Origin: Tolypothrix carrinoi HA7290-LM1
Lineage (GTDB): Bacteria > Cyanobacteriota > Cyanobacteriia > Cyanobacteriales > Nostocaceae
Length of the DNA stretch: 27,834 nucleotides
NCBI GenBank assembly: GCA_019358935.1
Contig: JAHHIK010000107.1
Location: 1-27,834, forward strand
Reading direction: 5' to 3'
The position numbers and the translations under genes were made by a program. Shown here piece after piece: positions 9,471 through 21,033 of this stretch (position 1 is its first letter; each line of letters begins with the position of its first letter). Under the pieces are notes generated by a model. It was not told the origin of the DNA. It did no database searches and worked only from the letters and a program-made list of their open reading frames with translations.

Positions 9471-10965
9471 ATGACAAATAACCTTTTTGTGCATGGCGTA
9501 GCAAGCGGAGATCCACTTGAAGATCGGGTTGTGATTTGGACAAGAGTCACCACACCCACATCCGAACCTGTGTCCCAACTGGAAAATAGCCAGCGATTCA
9601 AACTTGAGCAAAATCATTGCTTCTGGCACAGCCTTAGCTCAAGCCGATGCAGACTACACGGTTAATGTTGATGTCAGTGGTTTGGAACCTGCAAGTCGAT
9701 ACTTTTACCAGTTTGAGGCACTTGGTCAGACATCACCCGTTGGCAGGACTAAGACCTTACCGACAGAAGGTGTTCAGCATCTGCGTTTTGCTCAGGTGTC
9801 CTGTGTGAAATTCAACGCTGGCTTCTTTAACGCCTATAGTTGCATTGCGGCACGCGATGACCTTGACTTTCTACTACATCTAGGCGATTACATCTACGAA
9901 GCCTCAAACAAGCCGCCAGCGAGCCAAACACCGGGTGCAGATATTGGTCGTCCATTTGAACCGCTTCACGAGTGCAAGACACTTGAAGATTACCGCCGTC
10001 GCTACGCTCAGTATCGCCGCGATCCCGATGTACAAAGTCTCCATGCAGCACTACCGCTGATTGCTACCCTCGACGATCACGAATTCGCTGATGGTGCATG
10101 GCGTGATGGCGCTAGCGAACACAACCCAGAACGCGATGGCGATTGGGCTAACCGTCGCGCCCAAGCATTCCAAGCACGCTGGGAATGGTTACCAGCACGC
10201 CAGCCCGATCCCGCCGATCCACAAAGAGTTTTCCGTAAAGTGACGCTGGGTGGATTAGCCGATTTAATATTGATTGACACTCGTACTCGTCGTGATGAAC
10301 CTGTCCCACCACCAGCGATGTTTGACCCAGCACGGTCTGCTCTGGGTGTTGAACAACGTACTTGGTTGCTGCAACAGTTCGATACATCAAAGGCTCAATG
10401 GAAGTTATTGGCAAACCCATCGGTGATGGCGACAACATGGAGTAAAGATTTCCCACCAACAATTAAGCAAGCACTACTAAAGCTGAAGCTGATCGATGTT
10501 GACGGTATTGGTCCAGATTACGATCAATGGGACGGCTATCCTGTTGAGCGCGATTTACTTCTAAGGCACCTGCGAGACAATGAAATCCAAAATGTTGTTG
10601 TACTCAGTGGTGATGTCCATGTTGGGCTAGCGATCTCGCTCAAGCGAGATGCCTTCGACCAGACAGAAGAACCAATCGCTGTCGAGTTTGTGACTTGTAG
10701 CTTGACTTCACAGAACCTTGACGACAAAATGGGTTGGGCAGCGCGCACAAAGTCTATTCCCATTGAGCAAGAGGTCATGAAGGCTTTCCCCCACATTCAC
10801 TGGTGTGACTTTGACAGTCATGGTTATGTCATTATTGATGTCACTTCCGAACGAGTTACAGCACAATGGTGGGCTGTTGATACAGTACTGCGTCGTAGCA
10901 ACGCTGAAGTATGTATGGCAGCATGGGCGGTTGAGTCAGGTAAGCCAAAGCTCATTCAAGCCTAA
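9471..10965 (+). pseudogene. phoD: PhoD-family alkaline phosphatase, frameshifted near 9576 (pseudogene or sequence error)
   Basis: First frame gives HGVASGDP...IWTRV. Second frame gives NWKIASD...GRTKT, LHLGDYIYE, DDHE, DTR, DQWDGYP.ER, LSGDVH. The frames join at GTG TCC c AAC TGG. Confidence 0.88.
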
Positions 10966-11029
10966 TTAAAAATTTCACAAAGTTGAGTATGAAGCAAAGG
11001 GTACTAATATTTGTTAAACTTCGTTATAA

Positions 11030-11211
11030 CTGAAATCTTGCACCAGTCCCAACAAGCGCCTCACAATGAATTCTGAGGCTAATAGCTAAAATCTTCGCGC
11101 ATAAGACTGAACAAGGGTTTGAGTCCACTTGAGTGGAATGCGCGCTAAAAGCCTGTGAAATTTATTTCTGGGCAGGCGATGGTGCTAATCGAGAATGCTG
11201 CAAGATATCAG
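11030..11211. mobile_element. 182-bp MITE
   Basis: Terminal inverted repeats CTGAAATCTTGCACCA / TGCTGCAAGATATCAG (14/16 match). TTATAA flanks both sides (11024-11029, 11212-11217). No ORF; several internal hairpins. Confidence 0.8.
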
Positions 11212-11358
11212 TTATAACGCACCACTAGCTATCTTGTAATTATTTGTATCTAGCTACTTCCCGTTTTACTTGAAGCTTGATACAAACTTAAGTCCTGATA
11301 GATCAAGAATTGATGAAAATCCCGACTTATTCAGCATACCTGGCTTCTGCACTGATTT

Positions 11359-12780
11359 TTAACGGTTTTGCGGGTGCAATTTGTACCACCCATACAAGTG
11401 AAGAACTGCTAGCCAGACTGCGGAAAGTAAACCCGCAAGGCTGAGGGTAAGACCGCTAAATGATACTAATAAGCCAAAAACGGGTAGCACTGCGCCGGCG
11501 ATGGTGCAAATGAAAGCAGCAAGAGACGCACGCAAATTTACTCCTAACCCCCATGTCAATCCTAGTAAAACAAAGGAAATTAGCGTCCAAGCAAATTCGG
11601 CGTTAATTATACGGGCTAAATAAGTCAAAGTCAATAGACAAGCAAAGAAAATCCCGCCAGCAAGCGCTACGTTTTTTAAACTCATTGGGATGGATAAATA
11701 TAACAACAATATCCACCAGAGAAATAACGCCGGCGCTAGCAATAATAGACGGGGCATGATGCCAGTGTTACGAATCGGCTCGGTGTTGGTATATACTCCA
11801 AAGGGATTTTTGACGGAAACATTATCATCAAATATCCAAGTAAATTGGGTGCTTTTTCTGTCAACTTTAATATCATTTGGTATAATACCGCTGGCAAAAT
11901 TAGCACCAGCGAAGTTAGCGATCGCTATCAAGCGAAAGTTAGAAAGTAACTGCCCTTGGGCACTATAAACCCAACTTGCTCCTGCTTGCGCTTTATAGGT
12001 GACTCGAAAGCTAGTTTCTTCTTTTGGTTGCAAGCTAAATGCAAAGCTATAATCACCGGGATTCGTTTGTTGTAATCTAGTACCGGCACGCTCTACTTTA
12101 TAGCTTTGCAGTAATGAGTAACCGTTGGGTGGTGGTACTTCAAAGAAAAAATTATTAATATTCTCAAGTTGATTGACAACTTTGTAGTCAGCGCTGTAAT
12201 CTACGCGATAAGTTGCACTCCGACCTTGAACGTCTGGAGTTTGGTCAAGCTTTACTTGAATTTGCGAACCAGCTACAGTCAGAAAGCGGTTGACATCTCG
12301 CGTTTCATTTATTTTGACTATTTTGCCATTAACTTGAGTTGTCGTGGTATACGGCTCTTTAACGATGTAGCGTACTTGCGGTGCTGATTGTTCTAATTTA
12401 TCTCCTGCGACCAAGAGAGCAACTTGAGCAACTTTTGCCTGTTCCCAGTAATGATAGCGATTGCTGAGAGTTGAACAAAGAAAAAATCCCACTACTAGCA
12501 AAACTAATACTAAAGCTAGATGCTGCAATCCCCGCAAAAGCTCAGAATAACGAAGCCCCAATTCGCCAATAAATAAAGATTGTTCTTTTGGCAAACGACG
12601 GAGAGAAAAACTTAGTAGTGCGATCGCTATTCCCAAAGCTATCAGCAGAAATACTAATAAAACTGAAGCTTTGAGTATCTGGCTTCCCAAGTGAACTAGC
12701 TCAACAGGATGTGTTAAATCTGGCACTCCGGGAATGCCTTGTGCAGAAACAGACATTAGCTTTTGGAAGAATGTACACAA
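11359..12780 (-). CDS. Multi-pass membrane protein with large extracytoplasmic domain, CreD-like architecture
   Basis: Two N-terminal TM segments, about 230-aa soluble beta-rich domain, 5-6 C-terminal TMs. The family call rests on architecture only; start may be 12756. Confidence 0.7.
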   Translation of the reverse strand: MCTFFQKLMSVSAQGIPGVPDLTHPVELVHLGSQILKASVLLVFLLIALGIAIALLSFSLRRLPKEQSLFIGELGLRYSELLRGLQHLALVLVLLVVGFFLCSTLSNRYHYWEQAKVAQVALLVAGDKLEQSAPQVRYIVKEPYTTTTQVNGKIVKINETRDVNRFLTVAGSQIQVKLDQTPDVQGRSATYRVDYSADYKVVNQLENINNFFFEVPPPNGYSLLQSYKVERAGTRLQQTNPGDYSFAFSLQPKEETSFRVTYKAQAGASWVYSAQGQLLSNFRLIAIANFAGANFASGIIPNDIKVDRKSTQFTWIFDDNVSVKNPFGVYTNTEPIRNTGIMPRLLLLAPALFLWWILLLYLSIPMSLKNVALAGGIFFACLLTLTYLARIINAEFAWTLISFVLLGLTWGLGVNLRASLAAFICTIAGAVLPVFGLLVSFSGLTLSLAGLLSAVWLAVLHLYGWYKLHPQNR

Positions 12781-13108
12781 TCAGACAGATGAAATTTCTC
12801 AAAAGTTTCTGTAGTTTACAAACCTGTAAGCACGGGATAGCTAAACTACCTATAGTTGTTTACCCGGAGTTTCCAGGTTTTATCCTCAAATCACGGTTAA
12901 GCGATAGGAGTACCGTACAATAAATTTATGATTATTTCATTCCTGAGATAAAAAATCAATCTAGCTCTTTACGTCAATTAAAAGATAAAGTATGAAAAAT
13001 AAAGTGATACATTCGTCAATATAGATTTTTGTCTCTTTTTCACTAGCAATCAATACGTTCGCTTTTTATTTTTCTGCATTCATTAGTTATCACGCAAGAA
13101 GTAAAAGT

Positions 13109-13381
13109 ATGACTCAAATTCTTGATTATCTAAATATTGACTCGGAACGTCAAATTTTATGTGGTTATACAAATCACACTTCTCAAATCCAAATTATTCG
13201 GATTTCCAACATTCCCAATTGGTATTTTGAGCGAGTAGTTTTTCCCGAACAAATACTTCTGTTTGAAGCTTTACCAGAAGCTGAATTAGAAATTCATACA
13301 AGTACGTCGTTGGTTGAGAAAATCTGCTGTACTGATTTACACCTGGATAATGAGATCGCGCATTCTTTCACTACTGGGTAA
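13109..13381 (+). CDS. DUF1830 family protein
   Basis: ILC.Y.N.TSQIQI.RI.NIPNWYFERVVFP.Q.LLFEA motif. Confidence 0.85.
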   Translation: MTQILDYLNIDSERQILCGYTNHTSQIQIIRISNIPNWYFERVVFPEQILLFEALPEAELEIHTSTSLVEKICCTDLHLDNEIAHSFTTG

Positions 13382-13399
13382 ATTGTATGCACAAAACAA

Positions 13400-13430
13400 A
13401 ATCCACCTATACATTAGTGTCAGGTGGATT
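13400..13430. terminator. Hairpin terminator between convergent DUF1830 and ssrA
   Basis: AATCCACCT...AGGTGGATT stem; T-rich tract follows on the minus strand. Confidence 0.65.
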
Positions 13431-13444
13431 CTTTAACTATCTTA

Positions 13445-13833
13445 GTGGAACCGGGCAGAATTGAACTGCCGTCCGCAATGGGTATTAACCCCCCACTCGT
13501 TCACAGGTTTAGCCTTTCTGACCCTCAAGGCGGGAATCGTTCATTATCCCGAACGTAGGATGCTCTGATTTAATCTTAGCTAGCAAGCCAACCAGAGAAC
13601 GCTTGCTAGAGCATCCGTTGGGGGTTGGTCTCTAGCCCTTAACGGAGTCAAACTAGAGACGCTCGAACCTGAAAGAGGTGTTTTAGGCTGCTACTAGAGC
13701 ATCCTTACGAGCAAATTTTACGATGTTGTTCGCATTTACTTTTTTTTCGAGCCTTTGATTTACGAGAGGAGACTCACTCTCGACCTGAATCACAGAGCAG
13801 CTTTCGCCATCACGTCGAAACCGTTACGGCCCC
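13445..13833 (-). ncRNA. ssrA: tmRNA
   Basis: 5' GGGGCCGTAACGGTTTCGAC; 3' GGCAGTTCAATTCTGCCCGGTTCCAC (T-arm and acceptor, full CCA not encoded). Tag ORF 13733-13683 reads ANNIVKFARKDALVAA*. Confidence 0.97.
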
Positions 13834-13881
13834 ATGTCATATTTCGATTATAGTGTAGTATTTGGAAATTTGCAACAAATT

Positions 13882-14074
13882 GGGGAGTGGGGAGAGGGGG
13901 GGAGGGGGAAGACAAGGGAGAGGGGGAAGACAAGGGAGAAATTTTTCCTTATCCCCCTTGTCCCCCTTGTCTCCTTGTCCTCCTTGTCCTCCTTGTCTCC
14001 TTGTCCTCCTTGTCCTCCTTGTCCCCCTTGTCTCCTTGTCCCCTTGTCCCCCTTGTCCCCCTAATCCCCAATTC
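13882..14074. repeat. GC-rich tandem 9-mer array (CCTTGTCC[C/T]) with complementary G-rich arm
   Basis: About 12 units at 13950-14062; GACAAGG-containing arm at 13883-13940. Confidence 0.88.
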
Positions 14075-15022
14075 CTAAGTCAACGCCTGGGCGCCGCCAA
14101 CAACCTCTAGAATTTCTTGGGTAATTGCGGCTTGGCGGGCTTTGTTATATGACAAAGAAAGAGATTTAATCAATTCGCCGGCGTTGTCGCTGGCGTTGTT
14201 CATTGCTGTCATCCGTGCGGCTAGTTCGCTGGCGGCTGATTCTTGCAGCGCCCGCAATAGCTGGTTACTCAGATACAATGGCAATAGAGAATCGAGAATC
14301 TGCACTGGATCTTGTTCAAAAAGCATGTCGCGGGGAAAAGCGCGAACTGGGGTAGTGACTTTCTCGCGTTGCACTTCAAATTGACCGCCACGAGTTGTCA
14401 GGCGGAAAATTTCGTCGTCACCTGCTTCTAAACCTTGAACGTCAAAAGGAAGCAAAGTTTGCACGACTGGGCGAGAACTAACCAGAGAGATGAACCTGGT
14501 GTAGACTAGCTCTACGCGGTCTACGCTTTCTGAAAGGAACAAAGAAAGCAGTTGATCGGCAATTTGATTTGCCTCAGATGCGACAGGAATTTGCTCTAAG
14601 CCTGTGTAAGTTGCATCAATCGGCTGTTCTCGGCGTTGGAAGTACTGAATGGCTTTGCGTCCTACCAGTACAAATTTGTAGTTTACGCCTTCTGCTTTCA
14701 GTTCCTTGGCGCGATTTTCGGCACGACGAATGACGTTAGTGTTGTAGCCACCACACAAACCCCGATCGCCTGAAATTACCAACAAACCGACAGACTTCAC
14801 ATCCCGTTTTTTCAGAAGTGGTAAATTTGCTTCTTCAAACCGCAAGCGAGTTTGTAAGCCATACAAAACTTGTGCCAAGCGATCGGCAAAGGGACGGGTC
14901 GCAATTACTTGTTCTTGAGCGCGACGCACTCTCGCTGCTGCTACCAGTCGCATCGCTTCTGTAATTTTTTGGGTATTTTTGACCGACTGAATGCGATCGC
15001 GTATTGCTTTGAGATTAGCCAT
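14075..15022 (-). CDS. atpG: F1 ATP synthase gamma subunit (cyanobacterial atpC)
   Basis: [26 protein letters not shown]; last gene of the operon. Confidence 0.98.
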   Translation of the reverse strand: MANLKAIRDRIQSVKNTQKITEAMRLVAAARVRRAQEQVIATRPFADRLAQVLYGLQTRLRFEEANLPLLKKRDVKSVGLLVISGDRGLCGGYNTNVIRRAENRAKELKAEGVNYKFVLVGRKAIQYFQRREQPIDATYTGLEQIPVASEANQIADQLLSLFLSESVDRVELVYTRFISLVSSRPVVQTLLPFDVQGLEAGDDEIFRLTTRGGQFEVQREKVTTPVRAFPRDMLFEQDPVQILDSLLPLYLSNQLLRALQESAASELAARMTAMNNASDNAGELIKSLSLSYNKARQAAITQEILEVVGGAQALT

Positions 15023-15028
15023 AATCTG

Positions 15029-15162
15029 ATTGGTAATTGCTAATTGCTAATTGGTAATTGGTAATTGGGTAAAAGGCAATTGGGCATTGCTCATGAGGGG
15101 AAAAGGGGAAAATTTTTATTCCATTACCCATTACCCATTACCCATTACCCATTACCCATTAC
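15029..15162. repeat. STRR heptamers (GGTAATT / CCATTAC) between alpha and gamma genes
   Basis: Two roughly complementary tandem arrays. Confidence 0.85.
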
Positions 15163-16683
15163 CTAAACGGTAGCCAAGAATGTTTTCTTGTATTCGGTAA
15201 GTGCTTCTTTCAAAGCAGTTTCCTCAGCGTCGCCTAGTACTTTCTGACTTTGTACTGCTTGGCTGTATTGAGGTTTGCTGCTCTTTAAGTATTCCCGCAG
15301 ACCTTTGGTGAAGGAAGTAACTTTATTGACGGGAATTTCATCCAAGTAGCCGTTAATACCAGCGTATAGAATTGCTACTTGCTCGTATACCGATAGGGGT
15401 TCGTTTTGCGACTGCTTCAAAAGTTCGCGCAAGCGCTGACCCCGCGCTAACTGGTCTTGGGTGGTTTTATCTAAGTCAGAAGCAAATTGCGCGAAGGCTT
15501 GTAAGTCGTCAAACTGCGCCAATTCCAACTTGATTTTACCAGCAACTTTTTTCATTGCCTTGGTTTGAGCGGCAGAACCTACACGGGATACAGAAATACC
15601 GGGGTTTACAGCCGGACGGATACCTGAGTTAAACAAGTCGGAGGAAAGGAATATCTGACCGTCGGTAATCGAAATTACGTTGGTGGGGATGTAAGCAGAT
15701 ACGTCACCAGCTTGGGTTTCGATGATTGGTAGAGCGGTCATGCTGCCTTTACCTAATTCATCGCTGAGTTTAGCGGCTCTTTCCAACAAGCGGGAGTGGA
15801 TGTAGAATACGTCTCCAGGATACGCTTCGCGTCCGGGTGGACGACGCAGCAGCAAGGACATTTGGCGATAAGCTTGAGCCTGCTTGGACAAGTCATCGTA
15901 AATTACTAGGGTAGCTTTGCCTTTGTACATGAAGTACTCAGCCATTGTTGCCCCAGTGTAAGGAGCCAAGTATTGTAGTGTTGCTGGTTCACTGGCGCTG
16001 GCGGCAACAACTATGGTATAATCCATTGCGCCTTTTTCTTGCAATGTTTGCACCACGTTGGCAACGGTGGAAGCTTTTTGACCGATCGCTACATAAACAC
16101 AAATTACATCTTCCTCTTTTTGGTTGATGATTGTGTCGATCGCGATCGCAGTTTTTCCGGTTTGGCGATCGCCAATAATTAATTCGCGCTGACCCCGACC
16201 GATGGGAATCATCGAATCAATCGCGGTGATACCGGTTTGCATCGGTTCGTGTACGGAACGACGCGCAATAATACCGGGTGCGGGAGATTCAATCAAGCGA
16301 GTTTCTGTAGTTTTGATTTCTCCTTTACCATCAATCGGACGACCTAAAGCATCAATAACTCGTCCAACCATCGCATCACCCACCGGCACCTGAGCAATTC
16401 TGCCAGTAGCGGTAACGGAGCTACCTTCTTGAATATTACGACCTTCACCCATCAACACCGCGCCCACGTTATCTTCTTCCAGGTTTTGGGCGATGCCGAT
16501 TGTACCATCTTCAAATTCTAATAGTTCCCCAGCCATAGCCTTTTCTAGACCATAGATCCGGGCAATACCGTCACCTACTTGCAGGACGGTACCAACGTTA
16601 GCAACTTTGACATCTTGGTCGTATTGCTCGATTTGTCTCTGAATAATGCTGCTGATTTCGTCAGGTCTGATGTTAATAGCCAT
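15163..16683 (-). CDS. atpA: F1 ATP synthase alpha subunit
   Basis: GDRQTGKT P-loop, [19 protein letters not shown]. Confidence 0.99.
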   Translation of the reverse strand: MAINIRPDEISSIIQRQIEQYDQDVKVANVGTVLQVGDGIARIYGLEKAMAGELLEFEDGTIGIAQNLEEDNVGAVLMGEGRNIQEGSSVTATGRIAQVPVGDAMVGRVIDALGRPIDGKGEIKTTETRLIESPAPGIIARRSVHEPMQTGITAIDSMIPIGRGQRELIIGDRQTGKTAIAIDTIINQKEEDVICVYVAIGQKASTVANVVQTLQEKGAMDYTIVVAASASEPATLQYLAPYTGATMAEYFMYKGKATLVIYDDLSKQAQAYRQMSLLLRRPPGREAYPGDVFYIHSRLLERAAKLSDELGKGSMTALPIIETQAGDVSAYIPTNVISITDGQIFLSSDLFNSGIRPAVNPGISVSRVGSAAQTKAMKKVAGKIKLELAQFDDLQAFAQFASDLDKTTQDQLARGQRLRELLKQSQNEPLSVYEQVAILYAGINGYLDEIPVNKVTSFTKGLREYLKSSKPQYSQAVQSQKVLGDAEETALKEALTEYKKTFLATV

Positions 16684-16714
16684 GTGTCTATCTTTATTTG
16701 GGAGACTGAGGAAG

Positions 16715-16812
16715 TAGTTAGTGGTTATTTGTTAGTGGTTATTTGTTAGTGGTTAGTAGTTATTATGATTCTTTCAACTAACAACGCTCCAACTAACAAC
16801 CAACAACCAACA
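16715..16812. repeat. Short tandem/inverted repeats (GTTAGTG/GTTATTT vs AACTAAC/AACCAAC) between delta and alpha genes
   Basis: Read directly from the sequence. Confidence 0.7.
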
Positions 16813-16817
16813 CTTTA

Positions 16818-17372
16818 TTAAGAGCCACTTAAGCGTAAGGAAAGACGGCGTAACTGACTCCGCAAACTGGCGTCAATTACTTGAGAGCCAACTTTGATGA
16901 TGACACCACCAATCAAGTCACGGTCTATTTTTGTTTCTAGATCGACTTGACGAGCGTTGGTCATAGCGATGACTTTTTCTCGTATTGCTTGTTCTTGCTC
17001 TTGAGAGAGGGGAACGGCTGAGGTTATTTCTGCTAAGACAGTTTGATTTTTCTGTCTGAGAAGCGCTATATACTGTTCGCAAATTGGTTCTAGCAACAAA
17101 ATGCGCCGTCTATCTACCAACAGCATCAAGAAATTACGGAAGTTTGAGTTAATGCTTTGACCAATGACTTCGTTGATGACTGCCTTTTTTTTGTCTGGCT
17201 CAATAAAGGGGTTGCCGACAAAGCTCTGCAATTCTGGAGAATTTTGCAATAAATTCAGCAAAGAACGTACATCTTCGCCGAATTCTTCTGTCTGGTTTTT
17301 TGACTCGGCTACTGACATTAATGCCTGTGCATAAGGCTGGGCGATTTCGGCTATTGCTATGTCGCTTTTCAT
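16818..17372 (-). CDS. atpH: F1 ATP synthase delta subunit (cyanobacterial atpD)
   Basis: AQPYAQAL, LIGGVIIKVGSQVIDAS; operon position. Confidence 0.97.
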   Translation of the reverse strand: MKSDIAIAEIAQPYAQALMSVAESKNQTEEFGEDVRSLLNLLQNSPELQSFVGNPFIEPDKKKAVINEVIGQSINSNFRNFLMLLVDRRRILLLEPICEQYIALLRQKNQTVLAEITSAVPLSQEQEQAIREKVIAMTNARQVDLETKIDRDLIGGVIIKVGSQVIDASLRSQLRRLSLRLSGS

Positions 17373-17374
17373 AC

Positions 17375-17935
17375 CTAGCCTCCCACCTGCGCGATGCTGC
17401 GGTCAATTAATGTTTGTTGAACGTCGTCGGCAATGCCACTTTGCAAATTAGATTCGACTTTTTGCAATGCTAGGGCAGCTACTCTTTGTCGCAGTTCGGC
17501 GATCGCTCGATCTCTTTCTGTATTTAAATCAGCTGCGGCTGTTTGTTTCAAGCGTTCTACGTCTTGCGCTGCCTTTGCCAATGTTGCTTCTCGCGCAGAT
17601 GCCGCATTTTCTTCGGCTGCTTTGCGGATGCGTTGTGCTTCTGCTTGCGCTTGAGTTAACTGTTCTTGCGCTTTGGAAAGGGCAATTTGTGCCTCTTTTA
17701 AACGCGCTTCCGCTCCCTGAATTTCGGTTTCAATATTTATCCGCCGTTCATTCAGGATGTTGGTTAAAACTTTACGTCCAAAGTAAAATAGTATGCCAAT
17801 TAGAAGCGCTAAGTTAATCAGATTGGTTTCTAATATGTCTAAGTTTAGACCGAAACCACCTTCGCCTTCTGCCATTTCTGAGTGATGAACAGCGGCTTCT
17901 GCGGCAAGTAATATGAAAGTCCCCATGTTAGCCAT
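17375..17935 (-). CDS. atpF: Fo ATP synthase subunit b
   Basis: [15 protein letters not shown] followed by TM segment and coiled coil. Confidence 0.96.
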   Translation of the reverse strand: MANMGTFILLAAEAAVHHSEMAEGEGGFGLNLDILETNLINLALLIGILFYFGRKVLTNILNERRINIETEIQGAEARLKEAQIALSKAQEQLTQAQAEAQRIRKAAEENAASAREATLAKAAQDVERLKQTAAADLNTERDRAIAELRQRVAALALQKVESNLQSGIADDVQQTLIDRSIAQVGG

Positions 17936-18086
17936 TTACACGCTCGCGCTCGCTTGCTGATTAATTTGAACTTTACCGATGAGAAAAAGTGTTTTTCGAC
18001 ACTTAATTAAGCGCCCTTCAAGACTTTCGTTAAGATGCGCGTATACTTTCAACAGAACCAATGTTATAATCTGTGAAGATATTACT

Positions 18087-18521
18087 CTATCTAACCAGAC
18101 TTGTTGGTCCTAATAGTTTTTCTAGAATCTGCCTGCTCAGGGCATCAACTTGTTGTTCTAAGGATTGCATAGCTTCTTGCTTTTGCTGCTCGATTTCCAC
18201 AGATGCTTCTTCGCGTTGAGCTTGAGCTTCTTTTTGCGCTTGGGCAATTTTCTCTGCGGTAATTTTCTTAGCTTCGGCTTGAGCTGCTTCTACAGTAGCT
18301 TGCGATTGTCTGCGGGCATCGGCTAGCTGCTGTTCATATTCTTTAGTTAAGCGCTCGGCTTTTGCCAAGCGTTCGCCAGCTTCAAGGTTATTCGTCCGGA
18401 TATAATTATCGCGATCGTCTAATACCTTGGTCAGTGGCTTGTAGAAAATTGCATTCAACAAAGCTGCTAACAGCAAAAATTGCAATGCCATCAAGGGCAA
18501 GGTAGCATCGAAATCAAACAT
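18087..18521 (-). CDS. atpF2: Fo ATP synthase subunit b' (cyanobacterial atpG)
   Basis: [17 protein letters not shown] plus coiled coil; AGGAGAG RBS. Confidence 0.95.
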   Translation of the reverse strand: MFDFDATLPLMALQFLLLAALLNAIFYKPLTKVLDDRDNYIRTNNLEAGERLAKAERLTKEYEQQLADARRQSQATVEAAQAEAKKITAEKIAQAQKEAQAQREEASVEIEQQKQEAMQSLEQQVDALSRQILEKLLGPTSLVR

Positions 18522-18654
18522 TTCTCTCCTATGCAGGTTGGAATAGCACTATTTCATGGCTAGCTAATTCATCCAACCTTTAATATTCTATAGACCCCAT
18601 AGCCAACCAGGGTCAACTTACATCAAAACGACTATCCGAAAGCTAGATGTCAGT

Positions 18655-18712
18655 TGTAGAGACGGTTGGATGTGTCGCAGCACAAACTGCCTAAATCGTT
18701 CGCGTCTCTACA
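18655..18712. repeat. TGTAGAGACG...CGTCTCTACA stem-loop just downstream of the subunit c gene
   Basis: Perfect 10-bp inverted repeat with a 38-nt loop region. Confidence 0.7.
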
Positions 18713-18729
18713 CTAACAATTTTTAGGTC

Positions 18730-19059
<330 letters not shown>

Positions 19060-19821
19060 TTAATGCTCCTCATGTCCTTCATCACCGTGACCAGCTATTG
19101 CCTCGTGAATGTATGCTCCTGCTAAGGTAGCAAATACCAGGGCTTGAATGGCACTGGTAAATAGACCTAAAGCCATAACGGGCAAAGGTATAAACAGAGG
19201 AACCAATAGAACTAGCACACCTACTACCAATTCATCCGCCAAAATATTACCAAATAGACGGAAGCTTAGGGAGAGAGGCTTGGTGAAGTCTTCGAGAATA
19301 GCGATCGGCAATAAAATCGGTGTCGGCTCTATATACTTCTTAAAGTAGCCTAAACCCCGTTTGCTAAATCCGGCGTAAAAATACGCTAAAGAAGTTAGCA
19401 ACGCCAATGCGACAGTCGTATTGATATCATTTGTCGGTGCTGCCAATTCACCCGAAGGCAGTTTGATTAACTTCCAGGGAATTAAAGCACCCGACCAATT
19501 CGACACGAAGATAAACAAAAATAGTGTGCCAATAAACGGCACCCAAGGACGGTAGTCTTTCTCACCAAGTTGGTTTTTTGCCAAGTCCCGAATAAATTCT
19601 AGGGCATATTCCATCAAATTTTGGATGCCTTTAGGAATTCTCTTGGCGTTGGTAGTAGCAGCGATGGAAGCTATGGCGAGAATGCCAATCACAAACCATG
19701 AGGTGAGAAAAACTTGCCCGTGTATTTTCAGATTGCCCAATTGCCAGTAGAGGTGATGACCTACTTCCAATTTGGCGAGGGGAAAAGAATTAAAGGCGTT
19801 TGAGACACTAAGCATGTGCAT
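19060..19821 (-). CDS. atpB: Fo ATP synthase subunit a (cyanobacterial atpI)
   Basis: [26 protein letters not shown]. Confidence 0.98.
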   Translation of the reverse strand: MHMLSVSNAFNSFPLAKLEVGHHLYWQLGNLKIHGQVFLTSWFVIGILAIASIAATTNAKRIPKGIQNLMEYALEFIRDLAKNQLGEKDYRPWVPFIGTLFLFIFVSNWSGALIPWKLIKLPSGELAAPTNDINTTVALALLTSLAYFYAGFSKRGLGYFKKYIEPTPILLPIAILEDFTKPLSLSFRLFGNILADELVVGVLVLLVPLFIPLPVMALGLFTSAIQALVFATLAGAYIHEAIAGHGDEGHEEH

Positions 19822-19881
19822 TCTTCAAGATTTTTCCCCAAAAAGCGAGGATTGGAGATATTGTCTTTGTGAGCCTGACTT

Positions 19882-20325
19882 TTAAGAATCAGGAATAAAC
19901 GCAGTTTGCACTGTATAGACGATGAGCGTGGCTTTGTAAGTGAGGAATCCCAAGAATATTGGCAGGACGTGTAAATCGCGCCATTGAGTCGCAACTACCA
20001 TCAAACCAATAAACAGAGCAAAACGGTCTTTGCTCAAACTTTTTTTTTCGCTACCTAGCCGCTCAACGTCTCTAGCCAGCAATTTTAAGTAAACCACACC
20101 CGCACACGCCCCTATCAAATAATTCAGGGCAATGTTTAGGGAATAAAAAATCCACACTGAGATAAAAATAATCCCGGTCAACACGAGTGTGATTTTCAAC
20201 AACTTCTGAAAGAGTTGATAAAACTCTTCCATAGAAGAGGTGGCTGGTTTTGTATCCTCAAAACCAGGTTGAGCATCTTGTCGTGTTGTCGGCGTGGGGT
20301 TAATCGATTCGTCTGACAAGCTCAC
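19882..20325 (-). CDS. atpI: ATP synthase protein I (Atp1)
   Basis: First gene of the operon; 4 TMs; LGFLTYKA motif of cyanobacterial Atp1. Confidence 0.92.
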   Translation of the reverse strand: MSLSDESINPTPTTRQDAQPGFEDTKPATSSMEEFYQLFQKLLKITLVLTGIIFISVWIFYSLNIALNYLIGACAGVVYLKLLARDVERLGSEKKSLSKDRFALFIGLMVVATQWRDLHVLPIFLGFLTYKATLIVYTVQTAFIPDS

Positions 20326-20433
20326 GGGAAGGAGAAACCAGTACAGCTAATTATGTTGACTGCACATTCAGTCAGCTGAATCATATCACGGTTGGGTAAC
20401 AATACTTTAGGAAAAAACAATTAACTTCTTGTT

Positions 20434-20570
20434 TGGGAGTTGGGGGAGGGGGAGAGGGGGGGATGGGGGGAGGGGGGGGATGGGGGGACAAGGGAGAGGG
20501 GGAAGACAAGGAGGAGGAATTTCCCCCTTGTCCCCCTTGTCCTCCTTGTCCTCCTTGTCCCCTTGTCTCA
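20434..20570. repeat. G-rich arm plus (CCTTGTCC[C/T])n array upstream of the atp operon
   Basis: Same architecture as 13882-14074, sharing GACAAGGGAGAGGGGGAAGACAAGG. Confidence 0.85.
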
Positions 20571-20679
20571 TTACCTTGGTGTTAACACTCATTACCTGCT
20601 GCTGGAAGAGCGATCGCACTTTCTCTGCTAACTCAAAGAGCAAATTTATACCTGACAGCATTTTCCTAGAAATGCAGTT

Positions 20680-21033
20680 TTATTCACCGATTCCTTCTTG
20701 CGCCATCAAGTCTTGTAATTGCAGCACTAACGAGGGAAGGTTATTATCGATGGTGTTCCAGACAATCTTCAAAGTAACTTGGAAGTATTCGTGAGCCATG
20801 ACGTTTCTCATGTCACCCATTACACGCCAGGGAATATCTGGGTAACGAGACTGAATTTCTCAGGGGATGTTAATTGCAGCTTCACCAATAATCAAAAAGT
20901 CGTAGCAAACAGCTTTGGCAATTGTGGAATTGCTTTTGAATTGCTCAAATGTTATGCCATCTGTACGCTGCTTAATCTCAGTAGCTGATATCACAATATC
21001 TTGAATCCGCTGCCGCCAATCTCTAGAAGGCAC
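20680..21033 (-). pseudogene. HepT-like (DUF86/HEPN) RNase toxin with premature stop at codon 58
   Basis: GTG 21033: MPSRDWRQRIQDI...IIGEAAINIP*EIQSRYPDIPW...MRNVMAHEYF...IGE*. R-x4-H motif present; internal TGA at 20862-20860. Overlaps the antitoxin 3' end; absent from the ORF track. Confidence 0.9.

Noticed and set aside
9570..9582. Programmed frameshift in phoD
   Set aside because: No slippery heptamer or long homopolymer at the break.
9200..13445. Integrative island at the ssrA 3' end
   Set aside because: No integrase and no duplicated ssrA 3' fragment seen in the window.
13834..14110. Three overlapping ORFs with PPCPPC/LSSLS/LVLLV repeats
   Set aside because: Translations of a stop-free 9-mer array in all three frames.
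20407..20794. Gly/Pro-rich ORFs on both strands
   Set aside because: Same repeat artefact; partly antisense to the HEPN pseudogene.
20860..20862. Selenocysteine or readthrough at the HEPN TGA
   Set aside because: Not a catalytic Cys-type position and no evident SECIS hairpin; simple nonsense change is more likely.
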